A stretch of 64,000 nt of DNA, taken from NCBI RefSeq assembly GCF_037042905.1, contig NC_087245.1, positions 36,086,001-36,150,000 on the forward strand, read 5' to 3'. The position numbers and the translations under genes were made by a program. Numbering within the stretch: position 1 is the stretch's first letter; each line of letters starts with the position of its first letter. Shown here one piece after another: positions 1 to 13,323 of this stretch. The notes beneath the pieces were generated by a model. That model did not search any database, was not told the DNA's origin, and was given only the letters and a program-made list of their open reading frames with translations. This DNA is from Lytechinus pictus. Lineage: Eukaryota.

Positions 1-21
1 ATTCAATTCATTTTTTTTCAG

Positions 22-140
22 GAAATAACGAGCTGACAGAAATTCCCGATGACATCTCTCTCCTGTCCGAGCTTCAAGTCCTTGATCTGTCCAATAACCA
101 TATACCGGATCTACCTGTTGAGATTGCAAGTCTAAAGCAG
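22..140 (+). CDS. LRRD1: LRRD1-like, internal LRR exon (gene begins upstream of the window)
   Basis: Acceptor ttttttcag at 20-21 and donor gtaaaa at 141. Translates NNELTEIPDDISLLSELQVLDLSNNHIPDLPVEIASLKQ, which fits the LxxLxLxxN LRR consensus. Ends in phase 0, matching the next exon. Confidence 0.85.
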
Positions 141-380
141 GTAAAAGAAACTCATTAATTTGTGATAATTGCTGTGAAGCCAGAATGCTCAATTGACCTG
201 TAATCACCATGATGGTTCCATGACATTTGCTCTGGCGACAATTGCTCTGCTGTAAATTCCATACACTAAAGGAATGGTCAACTTTAACCGTGGATTCAAC
301 AGTGCACTATACCCTATCCTAAACCTAGGATGAAACCCTATTGCAACCCTAACCCTATATCTTAGACAAAATGAAGCCAG

Positions 381-563
381 GAGTGTGTTTCATAAAGCTG
401 TTTGTAAGTTAAGAGCGACTTTAAGAATGACTGGTGGTCCTTTCTTATGGAAAGTGATTTTCACCTTTAAATGTTCAATGGTGATTATTTAGCGCGTAAG
501 AAAGGTTCACCAGTCTTTCTTAAAGTCGCTCTTAACTTACGAACAGCTTCATGAAACGGCCCC
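381..563. mobile_element. Palindromic PIF/Harbinger-like MITE nested in an older MITE (~212-603)
   Basis: ~55-bp inverted arms (gtttcataaagctg..taagttaagagcgactttaaga). 3-bp TSD CAG at 378-380 and 564-566. Confidence 0.75.
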
Positions 564-969
564 CAGCAGCAATTGTCAGCGGAGCAAATCAGTGTAGTGT
601 CACCCACCATGATATATCTGGCAACTTATATCCCTAGTTTGGAATCTACCATTTAAAGAAACAAATCAGAGCTCATCTTGAGTATGGGATTAGTGGGATT
701 TGTGTGTGTGTGTGTTTTTTTAAGGGGGGCAGCCATTTGCAGAATAAGTAAACATCAGATTTAAAACCAATTGTGTTCCATTGGTAAAACTTTTTGACTT
801 TGACAATTGATTTTATGAGCCTCCCCTCCCCCCCCCCCCCACCTCCTTTCGAGGTATACCACACGGTCAAGCCATCCTTTATCATATAAGATTCTTGTAA
901 TAACCAGTCCACAGTTGTTCTCAAGAAGTACATTGTTGTGACTTTTTGTTTGGTCTTTATTCAATGCAG

Positions 970-1136
970 GTATATGTGCTATCGCTGCAAGGAAACCAGA
1001 TATCTAAGTTCCCACCTGGTGCCTGCCTTCTTAGCCAATGTCAAGAGTTGACATTTGACAGGAACTTACTTAGTAGACTACCCAGTGAGGTCAAGCACAT
1101 GAAATCATTACAGAGTGTTACAATCACCAACAATAG
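970..1136 (+). CDS. LRRD1: LRRD1-like, internal LRR exon
   Basis: tgcag acceptor and gtaata donor. Translates VYVLSLQGNQISKFPPGACLLSQCQELTFDRNLLSRLPSEVKHMKSLQSVTITNN. Phase 0 to phase 2. Confidence 0.85.
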
Positions 1137-2844
1137 GTAATATTGTGTTAATGCTCCTATTATCTAGTTGCCGTACCTATTCAGTGGCACAATATGCAAT
1201 GCGTCTCACAAAAAAGAGGAAACCGGGATTCCCACTTATTTTTAAAAAAAAAGCTCAAGAATTAATAGTCTTTCATTTACATCATCTTAACCCTTTGAAG
1301 CCAATAGGTCGCAATACCGGCCTACCAGTGAACGCGCATATACCCGATAGGCCGCAATACCGACCGGCCTGAAGCCATGTGACTTAAAAAACATGGGTTC
1401 TAAATGTCAGGTGATCTTTTTAAAATAACGTCATCTTTCTAGTACGTGGAGAGATATTTAGTTGATAATTTCAGTCAGGATAGGTATTGATTTCGGAAGG
1501 TTTTAGCTCTTTCAAAACACTCCTCAAATCTTACCTCATTAAGCAGTCCTCTTAATTCCATATCCTGTTCTCTCTCACTTTTTTTCTTTTTTTGTTCTTT
1601 CCAATGCGCTTAGAAACTGTTGTATTAAGCGCTATACAAATGTTAATTATTATTATTATTTTAGCATAAAAAATGGCCAAAATATGCCACTCTACTGCAG
1701 TGGCTCCTGTGGCATGTGCGGTAATACACTGTGTAATGCATGGCGAGGCACATGCTGACTATGGGGAAGCTATTGATAAATCTGACATTAGTCAGAACAG
1801 TGATTTTGAGCCCAAAACAGACACTAAAAATTAAGTTGATATTTCTGTCTGTAGACTAGGTCTGCGAGAAGCTAAACAACTTCAGCCGGCTTGGTCTGGG
1901 TACTAGCGGGGGGGGGGGGGGGGGTCGGGTAAAGATGTCGTTGGGGCTCGAATCATGGGAGTTTGTGAATGTGGCTGATACGTGCAAATAATTCAGGGTA
2001 TTGGGAATGGCCACCCCAAATAATTTAGGGTTCAAAGGGTTAAAATTTGGCTTTTCCTCTTCATTTTGATACCAAATATGACATGGATAGTTTACCCATA
2101 GATAAGCAAGAAGAGAGTTTTCAAATTCAATGTCAAAACCAAGTAGCCACTTTTCTGGAGGGCACGTTTCTTTATATGACAGCATAAAGTGAAAGGAGAA
2201 ATCTGAAAAGGGCACAATAAATCTCCAAGGTAGGAAAGGAGAGGGGCATGCTTACCCATTCAATGTCCGTATATTTTTTTTTCTATTTACGCCCTGAAAT
2301 TTCAATTAGCTTTTTGTTTTATATCAGTCACTTTATTGATGGTTTCATATTTGCTAATTTTACATGTTCAATATTGGCAGATTTAAATTTTGTATATTTT
2401 TTGGAAAAGGGTGCTTTTATGCTTCTTCTGCAAAGGCAGAATTTTGAAATACTCAACTTAGATGCATTTACACCAAGAACTTTAAAATGCTTCGAACTAT
2501 TTTCACTATTTTCAAGGCGAAAGCTGGCATATTTTTTCAAGATTTGATTAGAATTATAGAATGTTCACTTCCATTTAATAAAAAAGAAAAATTCAGGGTA
2601 TCCTAGTTACAGCACAAACAGGCAAACAGTCATTGCATAACTTCTAAAAAGCTTTCTGATCCCCCCACCAAAAATATTTCATGCAGCATCATATCAGTGA
2701 TTTTCATTTTGACAAGCATCAATAGCTCTTGACAGTGATATCACCAAGGTTATACAACCAGTAGGACACCTAATACAACACTCTTCTGAACGTTTAAACG
2801 AAAGTATTAATTCTCTTTGAATTGCTGACTCTCCTCTTTTTTAG

Positions 2845-3560
2845 ACTTGAACAGTTTCCTAAGGAGTTGTGTGAAGTAAGGACGCTTCAATTCTTGAATC
2901 TGAGTCAGAACCGCATCAGTTCCGTACCAGCCTCTGTGCGCCGTCTCCAGAATCTTGAGAAGTTAATCCTCGACCACAACACCTTCCCAGCGATTACTCC
3001 GGAAATGTGCACACTCAAGAACTTGGTATCCCTCAGCATGTCGGACAACCAGATAAAAGAGATCTGTGAGGAGGTCAGTATGTACCAACGGTTAGAGGCC
3101 CTAGACCTTTCCAACAACAAGTTCCCGGTATTTCCTCCGGAGATCTGGACCATCCCACGGCTCAGGATCCTACACTTCATCCAGGAAAAGGGTGTCAAGG
3201 CTTCATTCCTGCAGCCTGCTATCTACAACTGCTCCGAACTCGAGGAGATCTACGTCCAGAACAACTGCCTGACCATGATCCCAAACACCATCAGAGCCCT
3301 ATCCAAGCTCAGGGTATTCTGTGCTTCCGACAACTGCCTCATGGACATCCCGGATGTCTTTTGTGAGCTGAAGAACCTGGAGGTCCTGGAGCTTGAAAGG
3401 AATGAGATCAAGTCTCTGCCAATAAACTTTGAGATGTTGACCAAGCTACGGGTGTTAGGACTTGATGCCAATCCATTGGCACACCCTCCAAGTGAGGTTT
3501 GTGAAGGAGGAGCCATGGACCCAATCACCAGCTTTATCAGGAGAGCAGATGAAAGAGAGG
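2845..3560 (+). CDS. LRRD1: LRRD1-like, large LRR exon (about 9 LRRs) ending RRADERE
   Basis: ORF 2822-3586. ttttag acceptor and gtgagt donor at 3561. Repeated LxxLxLxxNxIxxLP motifs. The RADERE junction resembles vertebrate LRRD1 as recalled. Phase 2 to phase 1. Confidence 0.9.
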
Positions 3561-4549
3561 GTGAGTTTCACAGAGGAGTGTTCTAGTACTATGACATAGG
3601 GATAGATATTGATTTCAGTTCAGTTTCAGTTTGGTTTTCCGCATCTCACAAATCAATATAGCATAACATTCGACAAGAAGGAACAAAACATAAATAATAC
3701 TACTGAGGCTAATCGGACGCATTAATGAATCAACAATGCTACGCAAGGCTTTGAGATCTGACATGAGAGTTGGTAAATCACATAACAAATTATGCGTATT
3801 CTTACATATGCAATCAACAAACTTTAAAGGTCTCCATCGTCTCGTTTTATGAGGGAGGCGTAACAAAAGTAAATCATAAATAACTTCATTCTCACTATGG
3901 AGTCAGTTACCAGCAAATCTCATACTATTACCATGGTGGAGATAGGTGGAAGATATCATGGGTATATTAATTCTCTTTGAATTGTTGACTCTCATTTCTA
4001 AACTTGAGCAGTTTCCTATGGAGTTTTGTGAAGTTAGGACATTTCAATTCTTGGATGTTAACAATCATAACTCAAGTCTAGAAATGAGGGAAGTCGGCAA
4101 TTCAAAAAGAATTATTCCTCATACTCATGAGGATCTTCCAACTATCCAATGTCAGGTTTTGATAATGATAAGATAGTACACTTCAGTAATTCAATAGAAA
4201 TAAGACAATGGCAATGATATTTAAAATTGCAGATTAGAGACAAATATAGGATGATAAGAATATGAAGGGTAAACTATTTCAAAAGCACTGGTTGTAATAA
4301 ATAGTTTCCCTACATGTATGAGTAACTATGAATAAGTATCGTTAATTTATTAAGTAATTTTTTTTTAAAGACTTTTGACTTTGCAATGTTTTATTCTTTC
4401 TCTGGAGACTTTGCTTCACAAGATGGTAACATGAGTAGCAGCAAATTTAAGAGTGTGAATAATCAATCAATTTAAATGTTTATTTTGATTGTTATTAGAA
4501 TTTTTTATCGTTTGATTTAATAATTCCCAATCTCCTATTCTTTCTCCAG

Positions 4550-4845
4550 AGGCCTTGCTTCACAAAATGTTCACGTGCGTAGCGGCAAACCTGAGAGAGC
4601 GGGAGGCGCATGACCTGATGCGCGTCTTTCACTTCCCGAAGGATGTCATGACCCTGATAGAGAAACAGCATCGAGGATCCCCTCCGGATGCCCTGACCAT
4701 GTCCGTCGTCAGACGGTGGCGGGAGGAGAAGGGACGTGCTGCGTCTCCCGATGAGCTGATACGCTATGTCGGGTTGATAGACATGCCAGTGGTGACAAAC
4801 AAACTGAAGACAATGCGTGTGGACTCCCAGGTTCATAGGCTATGA
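4550..4845 (+). CDS. LRRD1: LRRD1-like, terminal exon encoding a death domain
   Basis: tctccag acceptor. Translates EALLHKMFTCVAANL...VVRRWREEKGRAASPDELIRYVGLIDMPVVTNKL...RL*, the death-fold pattern (W..xxG..A...L...L). The LRR + C-terminal death domain architecture matches LRRD1. Confidence 0.85.
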
Positions 4846-6639
4846 GTTCATCGGAGCCGTTACCGGACTGTGTCAAGGTCGTCGTCAATCAGTAAAGAAT
4901 CAAACAGTGTTGCACAAGCCTGAGCAATCGACCATAGCATCAATTTTCGTGATTGAATGCACTAAATGATAATTGCGATTAATCATAGAAACCATTCCCA
5001 TGATCAGTTGTCAGGTCGTGTATTGTGGGACCATGATCTTATGATCGTGGATATTGAGAACATTGGCCTGTTTTGTAAGGATTTGATGATTGATCAAATT
5101 AAATTACAAAGATAGAAAGCCAATGATGTCATGTTCTGTTCCTGAGATTGGTTGAATTGATGACATTTATGGAGAGCAATATGGTCGGATAGGTAGCTTC
5201 TAGGTGATGCATTTCGGCATGGCTTGCTTTCGATAGTTGGGATTGATTTGAATTTATTGCAATTCTTTATGAGGCTTGGTCAGTGCTTCACATTTTATTT
5301 CAAGGCCAAGAGCTCTGAAGGAGGTAATCATTAGGCATATTCACATATCTGCCAGATCAGAAAAATAGCCATCAATTATGAGAACTTTTCCAGGCTACAA
5401 ATTACCTCTTAATAGATTTTACTCATTCAGATTCGCCTGAACAAAATAGTACCCTCAGCATTATCACAAAAGTATTGCATCCCTTTCGCAAACAATGCAT
5501 ATTTTTCTTGTGTAATTTGACTCTCAAAATTCGGAAAAGTGCCTTCTAATGTATGTGTGTTAGATTTTTAAGATGAATAACAATTCCACGTTAAAAAAAA
5601 ATTGGTTGGCGGCGTAGTCACAGCATTTTTAAAGGTGGGGTTAATTTGCACCCCCCCCCCCCCCGGAAACTCAGAAACTAAGATTTAAGCACTACTGGAG
5701 AAACAAATAGCTACATGTATTTTTATCAAACAAAGGTACTGTACATAAGGATTCAATTAAGTCTAGATCTTTAGATAGAAAAATGCATCTTTTTTCTTAC
5801 ATCATTTTGAGAATTTCAAGTGAAAGCTGATGTGCATTCAGACCAGTGTTTCTTTTGCTTTGACCACTGCCAATACAGACAAGGAAGTGAAATACCATTA
5901 CATGACATGATCAAACCCATAATACAATGTACATTTACATTTTAGATGCTTATATTTTCCTTTGATACCAGTATGTATTGATACATGTATGTCGTATCAC
6001 ACTTTTTGTATTGCTGCACCAAAAGATGAATCAAAACACAAATTTGATTTCAAGTGCCTTCTTTATTATTCGACCAAAGTACTATTCACATGACACATAT
6101 GTACTGTTCTTTCAGTTTACAGCTGCTTGATGGCAATCAAATTGCCTGTTTTTGATAAACTTGCTCTAAATGATATGTACATATACATGTAGGTATATTC
6201 ACATTACATTCTATTCACATTATCTCTATATTGTTAATAGCGATGTCTTATTGAGCATACATACCGTCCAGAGATAGTGCAGCATCAGTTCCTTGGGATA
6301 TACACAACTAAATATAAAAAAAACTACAAACATAAATGTAAATGAAGTCAACAACTTAGAGATCTTCAGTTACTACAAGTTTTGCATCATCACCCACTGA
6401 AATTCTAGCTACATCCTGGTGGGGCCTGGTGCCCTCCTGTTGCTGCTCCATTCACCAACAATTTAAGGGGCAAGCCCGGTCAGCTCAGAACTCTGAGCTC
6501 TAGCAGCCCCCATAGGAAGCTACAATGTAGTCAGACCAGTGAGTGATGATAAATAAAGTGCACTTTACATTATACAAAACAAATTCAATTTCTAATAAAT
6601 ATGGACTTAGTTGTCAAAAGCATTTAAGGTTGAACATTT

Positions 6640-6872
6640 ACATTCTATTCACACTATCTATGTATTCAGTACATTATATACATCTTTGAGCCTAAAGAGT
6701 ATCACAGGAGATTATAATATCTCATGTTCACGCTATCTTTGTATTCAGTTCATTTGAGCCTAAAAAGTGTCACAGGAGATTATAATATCTCATGTTCACA
6801 CTATCCATGTATTCAGTTCATTATGTACATCTTTGAGCATAAAGAGTATCACAGGAGGTTATAATATTTCAT
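6640..6872 (+). repeat. Three-copy ~70-80-bp tandem repeat; a separate two-copy 66-bp tandem lies at 7488-7619
   Basis: Repeated ttcacactatc..tgtattcagt..tttgagc.taaa.agt.tcacaggag.ttataatat.tcatg. Second repeat aaacctctgga.ctatacacatgctgcaaaggttaattgtagata. Confidence 0.8.
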
Positions 6873-9800
6873 GTTTTTTAAAGAGGCTTCATTTTTGCTT
6901 GCTTATCCCTGCCATGCTCGTGTAAAGTCATGAACCTGTATTTGAAGTCTAGCCTAATTTAAGTCATTGTCTAAGTACGTGCTAAATTATGGGAAGCCAA
7001 ATACATCATTACTTGTTTTACAGTGTATGTTTCTTATATCTGCATGTATTGTCCTCATGCTGGACAAAGACTTCTAATTATCATTCACAAAAAGTATATT
7101 GAACCTCTACTGTTAAACAAAAAATATGCCACACTTGGCTATCCATAGTTAAATCACAACTATGGATAGCCAAGCATTTAATGTTAAATCCTAGTTCAGG
7201 ACAAGGATTCAGCGAGGCTATATATACTCTTCATGATATATAATATGAGTAAATTGATTATATACCTCATTCTCATCAACACCGACAGTCAATCCAATGT
7301 GAACATTCCACTTTTTCGATTCCATCATGGTTCTGCATTTTTGTGACGATTCCGTCTGTTGTTTTACATCACCCCATTATATTTGTTTCATTTAGATATC
7401 ATGCTGCATTGTTCCAGGGTCAGAGGTTAAGAATATATATAATATCTGTTATATGTTTTATTATTTTGTGGGCCTATTTAGAAACTAAACCTCTGGAACT
7501 ATACACATGCTGCAAAGGTTAATTGTAGATATAATAGTTCTTCTTTCTTTCAAACCTCTGGATCTATACACATGCTGCAAAGGTTAATTGTAGATATAAT
7601 AGTTCTCCTTTCTTTCAAAGTGTTTCAAGTATGTGATTTCAAGCACGTCCATCATAAAAAAAGTGCCTTTGTAACAATGCATTTAGTGTGATAATTTATA
7701 TGAACAATGTAGGCTGGAGAATTAATGTGTATGTTTTCTTTCCTCCTCAATTAAGAGTGATAAATTCATGAATTGATTTTATATAGTTGTGAAGTTTCAC
7801 TTTCAAGGTTAGAATTGTAGAAAACAATAACTAGTGGGTAATATTCTTTCACGGGGGTGGCTTTAATTTGATTAAGCTGCTTATGTAGTTTCACATGACT
7901 ACGTGTAAATGGGATGAAAAATAAGTTGCCAAACGATTAATAAAATGAAATAGATCGTAATAACAATGATAACTGCATAAATATTATACAAATAATGCAC
8001 GTAAGCGCGTGCATGCAGGGCCAAATAATGAACGATGGGCGAGAAGAGCCAATGGATATACCGCACGACCGAGTGCGGTATATCCATATGGCGAGTCGAG
8101 CACAGAGTTCATTATTTAGGTCCTCTTTGCACAAGAATGCGTGCATTGTTTGTTTTATACAACCCCTCTCCTCCCCCATGTTACTGAGTTGCCCCGATTG
8201 CTATATTTGATCTAAATTCTAGATAATTCCAGACCTCGTACTATCCTGCACTCTGACGTCAGAGTACAGGATAGTGCATTTTGGATGCAATAGTGCGATT
8301 TGCTGAATATCATCCGATTTGGACCAATCAGATTACAGAATGTTCTTGGGAGTTGTATAAATGATAATGATAGTAATGTGTGCCTTGAGTGTCATGTTAT
8401 TTTTTTTGGGGGGGGGGTTCAAATGAATAAACTTGAAACTTAAACTTTTTAAATTATCGGCAAATGTGTGTGCTTTATATATATTAAATTATTATTGTTA
8501 TGTGTGAAGGCAACTTTCAGAGAAGATATTAAATTGATTTTTTCACTGGCATCTCCTTAGAATGAGAGAGGTGCAAAGATAATTTAGATTAATAGGGCTT
8601 ATATTTTGGTATTAATTTGATGGATGATTTTAGAAATGACCCAGAGTTCATTTTGGCTTTCCATAATCCTTTTATGAAGAAAGTCATGCATAACCATAGA
8701 AACATCAATATTGAATTTAAGACAATTTTTCGAATTGGCAACATTATTTTTTTATCATTGTAGCATTTACATTTAAAGAGATTAATAAAAAAATGCCATT
8801 TGAAGTTGCCCATTTGCATGGAAAATGTTGATTTTAACATTTCCTTGACATTGCTAATTTTTAATTAGTTAATGCAATGAAGTACAAATGAAAACTGAGC
8901 TCCATAAGTAAGTTTGTCGATTTGATCTTCTTATGTATGATATTCATGAAACCATCAGTGTAAACATTGTCTTTTGGACATACTCCTGGTATTTCAACCA
9001 AACCCTGTAAAAGTGACACTTGACAAATTGAGTATGTTTTTAACAATTGTTGTGCTATAAAGCATTTTTTATTGTGAAGAAATTGGTGTTGTGTAGCTTG
9101 ATTTTTTTTGACAAAGGTTTCCTTAACCTTAGAAATAGTGCAGTATAATAGATTATTACATCTGCTTATGTTTGTAAGAAATGAATGGATCATGTTGATG
9201 TAAAAAGTCTTACCAGTGCATATTTGTGTAAATAACTGTCTATATCAATTTATATATTTGTGTACTTTTGATATGTGTCTGTAAGAAGTAGGCTTGTTTA
9301 TTGCATTGATGCTTTCATTTTAACCAGTTTGTCTGCCTATAGCTGCCAATTTTGTGGATTTTATCCTAATCCTTATGATTATTTGCAAAATAGCGCGCTA
9401 TTTATGAATTACCCCGCTACTTCGCAGGCGCAGACGCGCTCGGGATTATTTATTTTGCAATAATCCCAAGTTGACTTGGGATTGCAATCTCAAGATTAAT
9501 CCTGCAAACTAGCTTGATAATTGCGTCTCCATTACAAATAATCTAGAGATTGTTCAGATCGGGATAATTTGCCGGATCAAAAATAGCGCGCTAATTTGAA
9601 AACTCGGGCTGGTGCAGACGGCCCTATTGTTCCTCTCTGTTAAAGGCGATTTTTATAGTGAATTATAAATATATGTACAATTCCGTCCATTATCATATGA
9701 AATGCTATAATAAAATCATCCTGTGTTTAAATAAATGTTTTACATGTTGCAATGCATGGCCGATTTTTTTTTTTGCTAGGATGTGATTATGTTTTAGGTT

Positions 9801-10545
9801 TGTGGAAAGTGGTTGAAAAATTTTCAGAGATGAATATATTTACTTTGTTAACCAAAGGAGGAAGTTTCAGATGATCTGTGTAAGTTTGTATGGTGGAGTT
9901 TATAACGTGGAGAAGGTTTACGGTTCACCATTAAGAAGGGAAGGAAATACAGGCAGAAAAATTGAAATGGAGAGACGAGAAACGATGAAAAGAGGAAATT
10001 AGAAGTATTCTTTTCTTGAAAGTGAGTGAAGTCCTGAAAAGGACTGCAAACCAGATGAGATGAACTGAATATGGCTTGAGTAGCGATGGTTTGAGTAGTA
10101 TAGCATGATGAAGTGAAGAGAGGTTACTCGAATGGTAATGGCGTAATATCGGACCATTCCATAAAAGAGAATTCAAAGTATCAATGTGGGTTTATACCAT
10201 TACCTCCGGACCGGAGGAAGTCTCATTTCTTGACTTGAATTTATGAAGTAAAGAATAATTATGTTTTTTTTTATGAATGTAATCTGCCGCCTACTCCCTT
10301 CAACACAACTTTACAAAGAATGTCTGGAGAGTTAACAAAATTGCTACTTTATATCGCATTCCAATAACTTTGCATGTTCTAGTGCTTAATATTTTAGTGT
10401 GACGGAATTTAAAAAATGCAATAGAAACGGACAAAACTATATTTTTATATTTTTTGTAGATGTACTTAGTAGGTTTTTTATTTATTTAAAGGTTGTGCAT
10501 CGAATTTATTGTCCAAATAGAATGTCATTTTTTTCCACGAATGGG

Positions 10546-11647
10546 TCATTTCAAATCGGTGTATTCTCTGATTTCTGGAGATTCCTGACTCTGTGTACCA
10601 CCGGCATCCGTGAAGGTTTGGTAACCCTCATCATCAACAACGACATGCTGGAAGAGCTTAGTTTCATCCTGGCTGCTGGGCTTTAGGTATCCGTCTGCTT
10701 TCCCTGTTTCAGAGACACGTGTTATCTCAAGTTCATCACCTAGAATGCAAGGTGGCGGTTTGACCAACGGATTGACGATCATCTCGTACCGCTCTGACGC
10801 AGGTGTTACATCACCAAGTCCTAATTGGGTTCGGGATGTCCCGGAATTACCTCTGCGACGAGGAACCGAAGACGCCGGACACTGACGACTCGGGTTCTGA
10901 GGTAGATGGAAAAGGCTGTGAGACCTTGATCGAGCCGATTGATTGTCGAGCAAGGAGTAATCGGGCGCACCAAAGACATCATCTGATAGCGTTGTGCCCC
11001 GTCCTAGATTATCAAGGTCATCAAGGCTATCAAGGTGACACCATTCTTTATTCGGAGGATGGTCAATGTATCGGAGAGGATCACATGACTTTGATCGGAC
11101 CGACTGAATGGACGAGTCCGGTTGTTGATCAGACGAACCGCGGGGTTTCCGATCACGTGACCGTCTGGAATTTGCCTCTGACAATTCGGATATGCCAGCT
11201 CCATGAACTGAACGATGCAACCTACTCTCCTTCCTCCCACCTTTACCTGTACTGCCATCTACATCCGATGGCAATGGCATTGGACCCCGTTTCTCCATCA
11301 CACAGGATGTTGTCCTGTACAAAGGGTTCGGGATCATAGGGAATGGGTCGGACATCTTTCCAGAAATCTCAGTCGATCTATTGTCCTCCGATCTCTTGCC
11401 ATCTACTGTGGAAATCCCTGAGGTGTCGCCATTTGTCAAGCCCCCCTCTCGGTTATCGATGACATTGTACATATGGACGCCACTCTTCAAGGACTTGTCT
11501 TCTGCAGAAGGCTGACATTGATCACATTCTGACATTGTTCGATGCGATCTGTAGTGACTAGGTGTCCTAGTCAGAGCATGGGTCTCCAATCCGTGAAGAT
11601 GAACGTTGATGGGCGGCGGTGACCAAGACACATTGTAATCTCTGTTC
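10546..11647 (-). CDS. Gene A (orphan single-pass membrane protein), exon 4: long disordered Tyr-motif-rich cytoplasmic tail
   Basis: 375-aa ORF 10546-11673. Acceptor ctttag ends at 11648. Phase 2 joins the TM exon (..VRSR/NRDY..). Ends ..EYTDLK*. Confidence 0.85.
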
Positions 11648-12753
11648 CTAAAGCATAGGTAGAAAATGACCAAAAAAAAACGTAAATGATTCTTACTAAT
11701 CGGCTGCCACTATGATACCAATGTTATTTTTTCACCGCTCCATGAACGCTCCAGCGGTACTGGCGCTGTGACCAGGCCTTAAAGGGAATCGTCGATGGCT
11801 TATATGTAGATAGGCCTGTAGCAACGGTTGCGGACTTTACTAGAGTATGGCCATTTTTGCCAGAAACATTTTATCGTGCGGTCAAACTGTTTCTACCGTA
11901 AAAAGGATATTGCTTCAAGAGAGGGGTTAAAAGGGGTTCAAGATTACCTCAAACTGAGGGGAAAAGTAGGTTAACATTGCACATCTTTCGCACTAGGATT
12001 AGTAGCTCATTTAAAGGTGCCTGTTTTCATTTTCAGAATAGGGTTGCAAAGTTTTATAGGTTCTCCCTGTTCTAAGAGCTGAAAACTTGCCATCTTAAAG
12101 ATGTTCTGTTTCCTGAAAATGCAAAGTACCTGTAAGTGCAAATTTCTCTAAATCTGCTCCCAGTGCATGTGAAATTAGTTTCCACCGTTCATAACAATCG
12201 AAGTTATAATGATAGATAATTATTTTCACTAACATCATAACGGTTAGTTTAACAAACCGAGCTAAAAATTGGAATATGAAAAGATAAAGTAAATTCAGAT
12301 AAACAAAACACTGCATATTTCATCAAAATCAAACGAGGAATAACGCGCTGATGATGTCATATCACCACTTATTCTTTTGTATTTCGTTATATGAAATCAT
12401 AGTTTATTCTAAAAATGTGTTCTTCAAGGATGAAAACAATTGGATCGACTTCTGGTTTATTACGCGTGAATAATAATTGCTGCAACTTATTTTGTTACAG
12501 CGAAGTCATATTGTTATATACGCACATGAAAATATGAAACACTTTTAATTTCATGTAATGATAATACAAGAAAAAGAAAAGTGGGGATATGACGTCATCA
12601 GCCCAGCGAATGAATATTCATAAAATATTGCTAAAGTTCAAAATGCAATAAAGTATCTATTGTCAGATTTTGACGAAAATTTCAGCGTTTTGCTCGGTGA
12701 AGCTTACGCTATTAAAATCATTTTTCTGCCGAGAATACCACTTAAAACCATAC

Positions 12754-12874
12754 CTTGAGCGTACATACTGGAATATCCATATGCAGATTGTAATCATGAT
12801 GGTTATGCCGAATACTGATGACATCACAGATGCTATCGCCAGTACCTCGTAATATGGCATCGATCTTGTAGTCG
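12754..12874 (-). CDS. Gene A exon 3: transmembrane helix
   Basis: ctctttag acceptor and gtatgg donor. Translates STTRSMPYYEVLAIASVMSSVFGITIMITICIWIFQYVRSR: a hydrophobic span followed by a basic stop-transfer. Phase 1 to phase 2. Confidence 0.8.
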
Positions 12875-13323
12875 CTAAAGAGTAAAGACATACAATTCTC
12901 ATTTTATTCACGTATCATCCATCTTGTAAAGAGTCGTGAATATGATGAACTGAGAGAGAAATGAACATTCTGTGAAGAGGAAAGCCATGCCATTCAAAAT
13001 ATTGGATAGTTTTCTTAATATGCTATAGTAACAAATCGGGTTCCGATATTCATTTGGCATCACGGCTGTGGGTTAAATATGAATGGTTTAGTTTCATAAA
13101 TATTTCCCTCAATAATGATTTACTTTCAACCACGGTTTCACTTGAAAAATAAACGCAAATGATTTCAAAAATTTACAAGGAATTTACTCAAAATTGAAAG
13201 TCGCTAAATAAAAAGCAATCATTTTTATACGGTGGTTACATTTTTTAATCGAATACAATCTGAGCAAGGTCAATAGACGGGAAATATTCTCTTTTAAGGA
13301 GTTATTTGACATAATTATTAGAC

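Noticed and set aside
3946..4176. 76-aa ORF with LEQFPMEFCEVRTFQFL similarity to LRRD1
   Set aside because: It is a decayed exon-junction duplicate with a mutated acceptor, and the similarity ends after about 20 codons. It is not a functional exon.
7134..7174. 17-bp stem hairpin as a possible miRNA or terminator
   Set aside because: It is too short for a pre-miRNA and lies in a decayed copy of the 52244-52560 MITE family.
10803..11421. Plus-strand and alternative-frame ORFs over gene A exon 4 (also shadow ORFs over LRRD1, the LINE and the amylase)
   Set aside because: They are antisense or off-frame shadows of real coding sequence with no recognisable motifs.
10546..11647. ITIM or ITAM calls in the gene A tail
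   Set aside because: No tyrosine has the [ILVS]xYxx[LV] context. The last two Yxx-hydrophobic motifs are 16 residues apart, beyond ITAM spacing.
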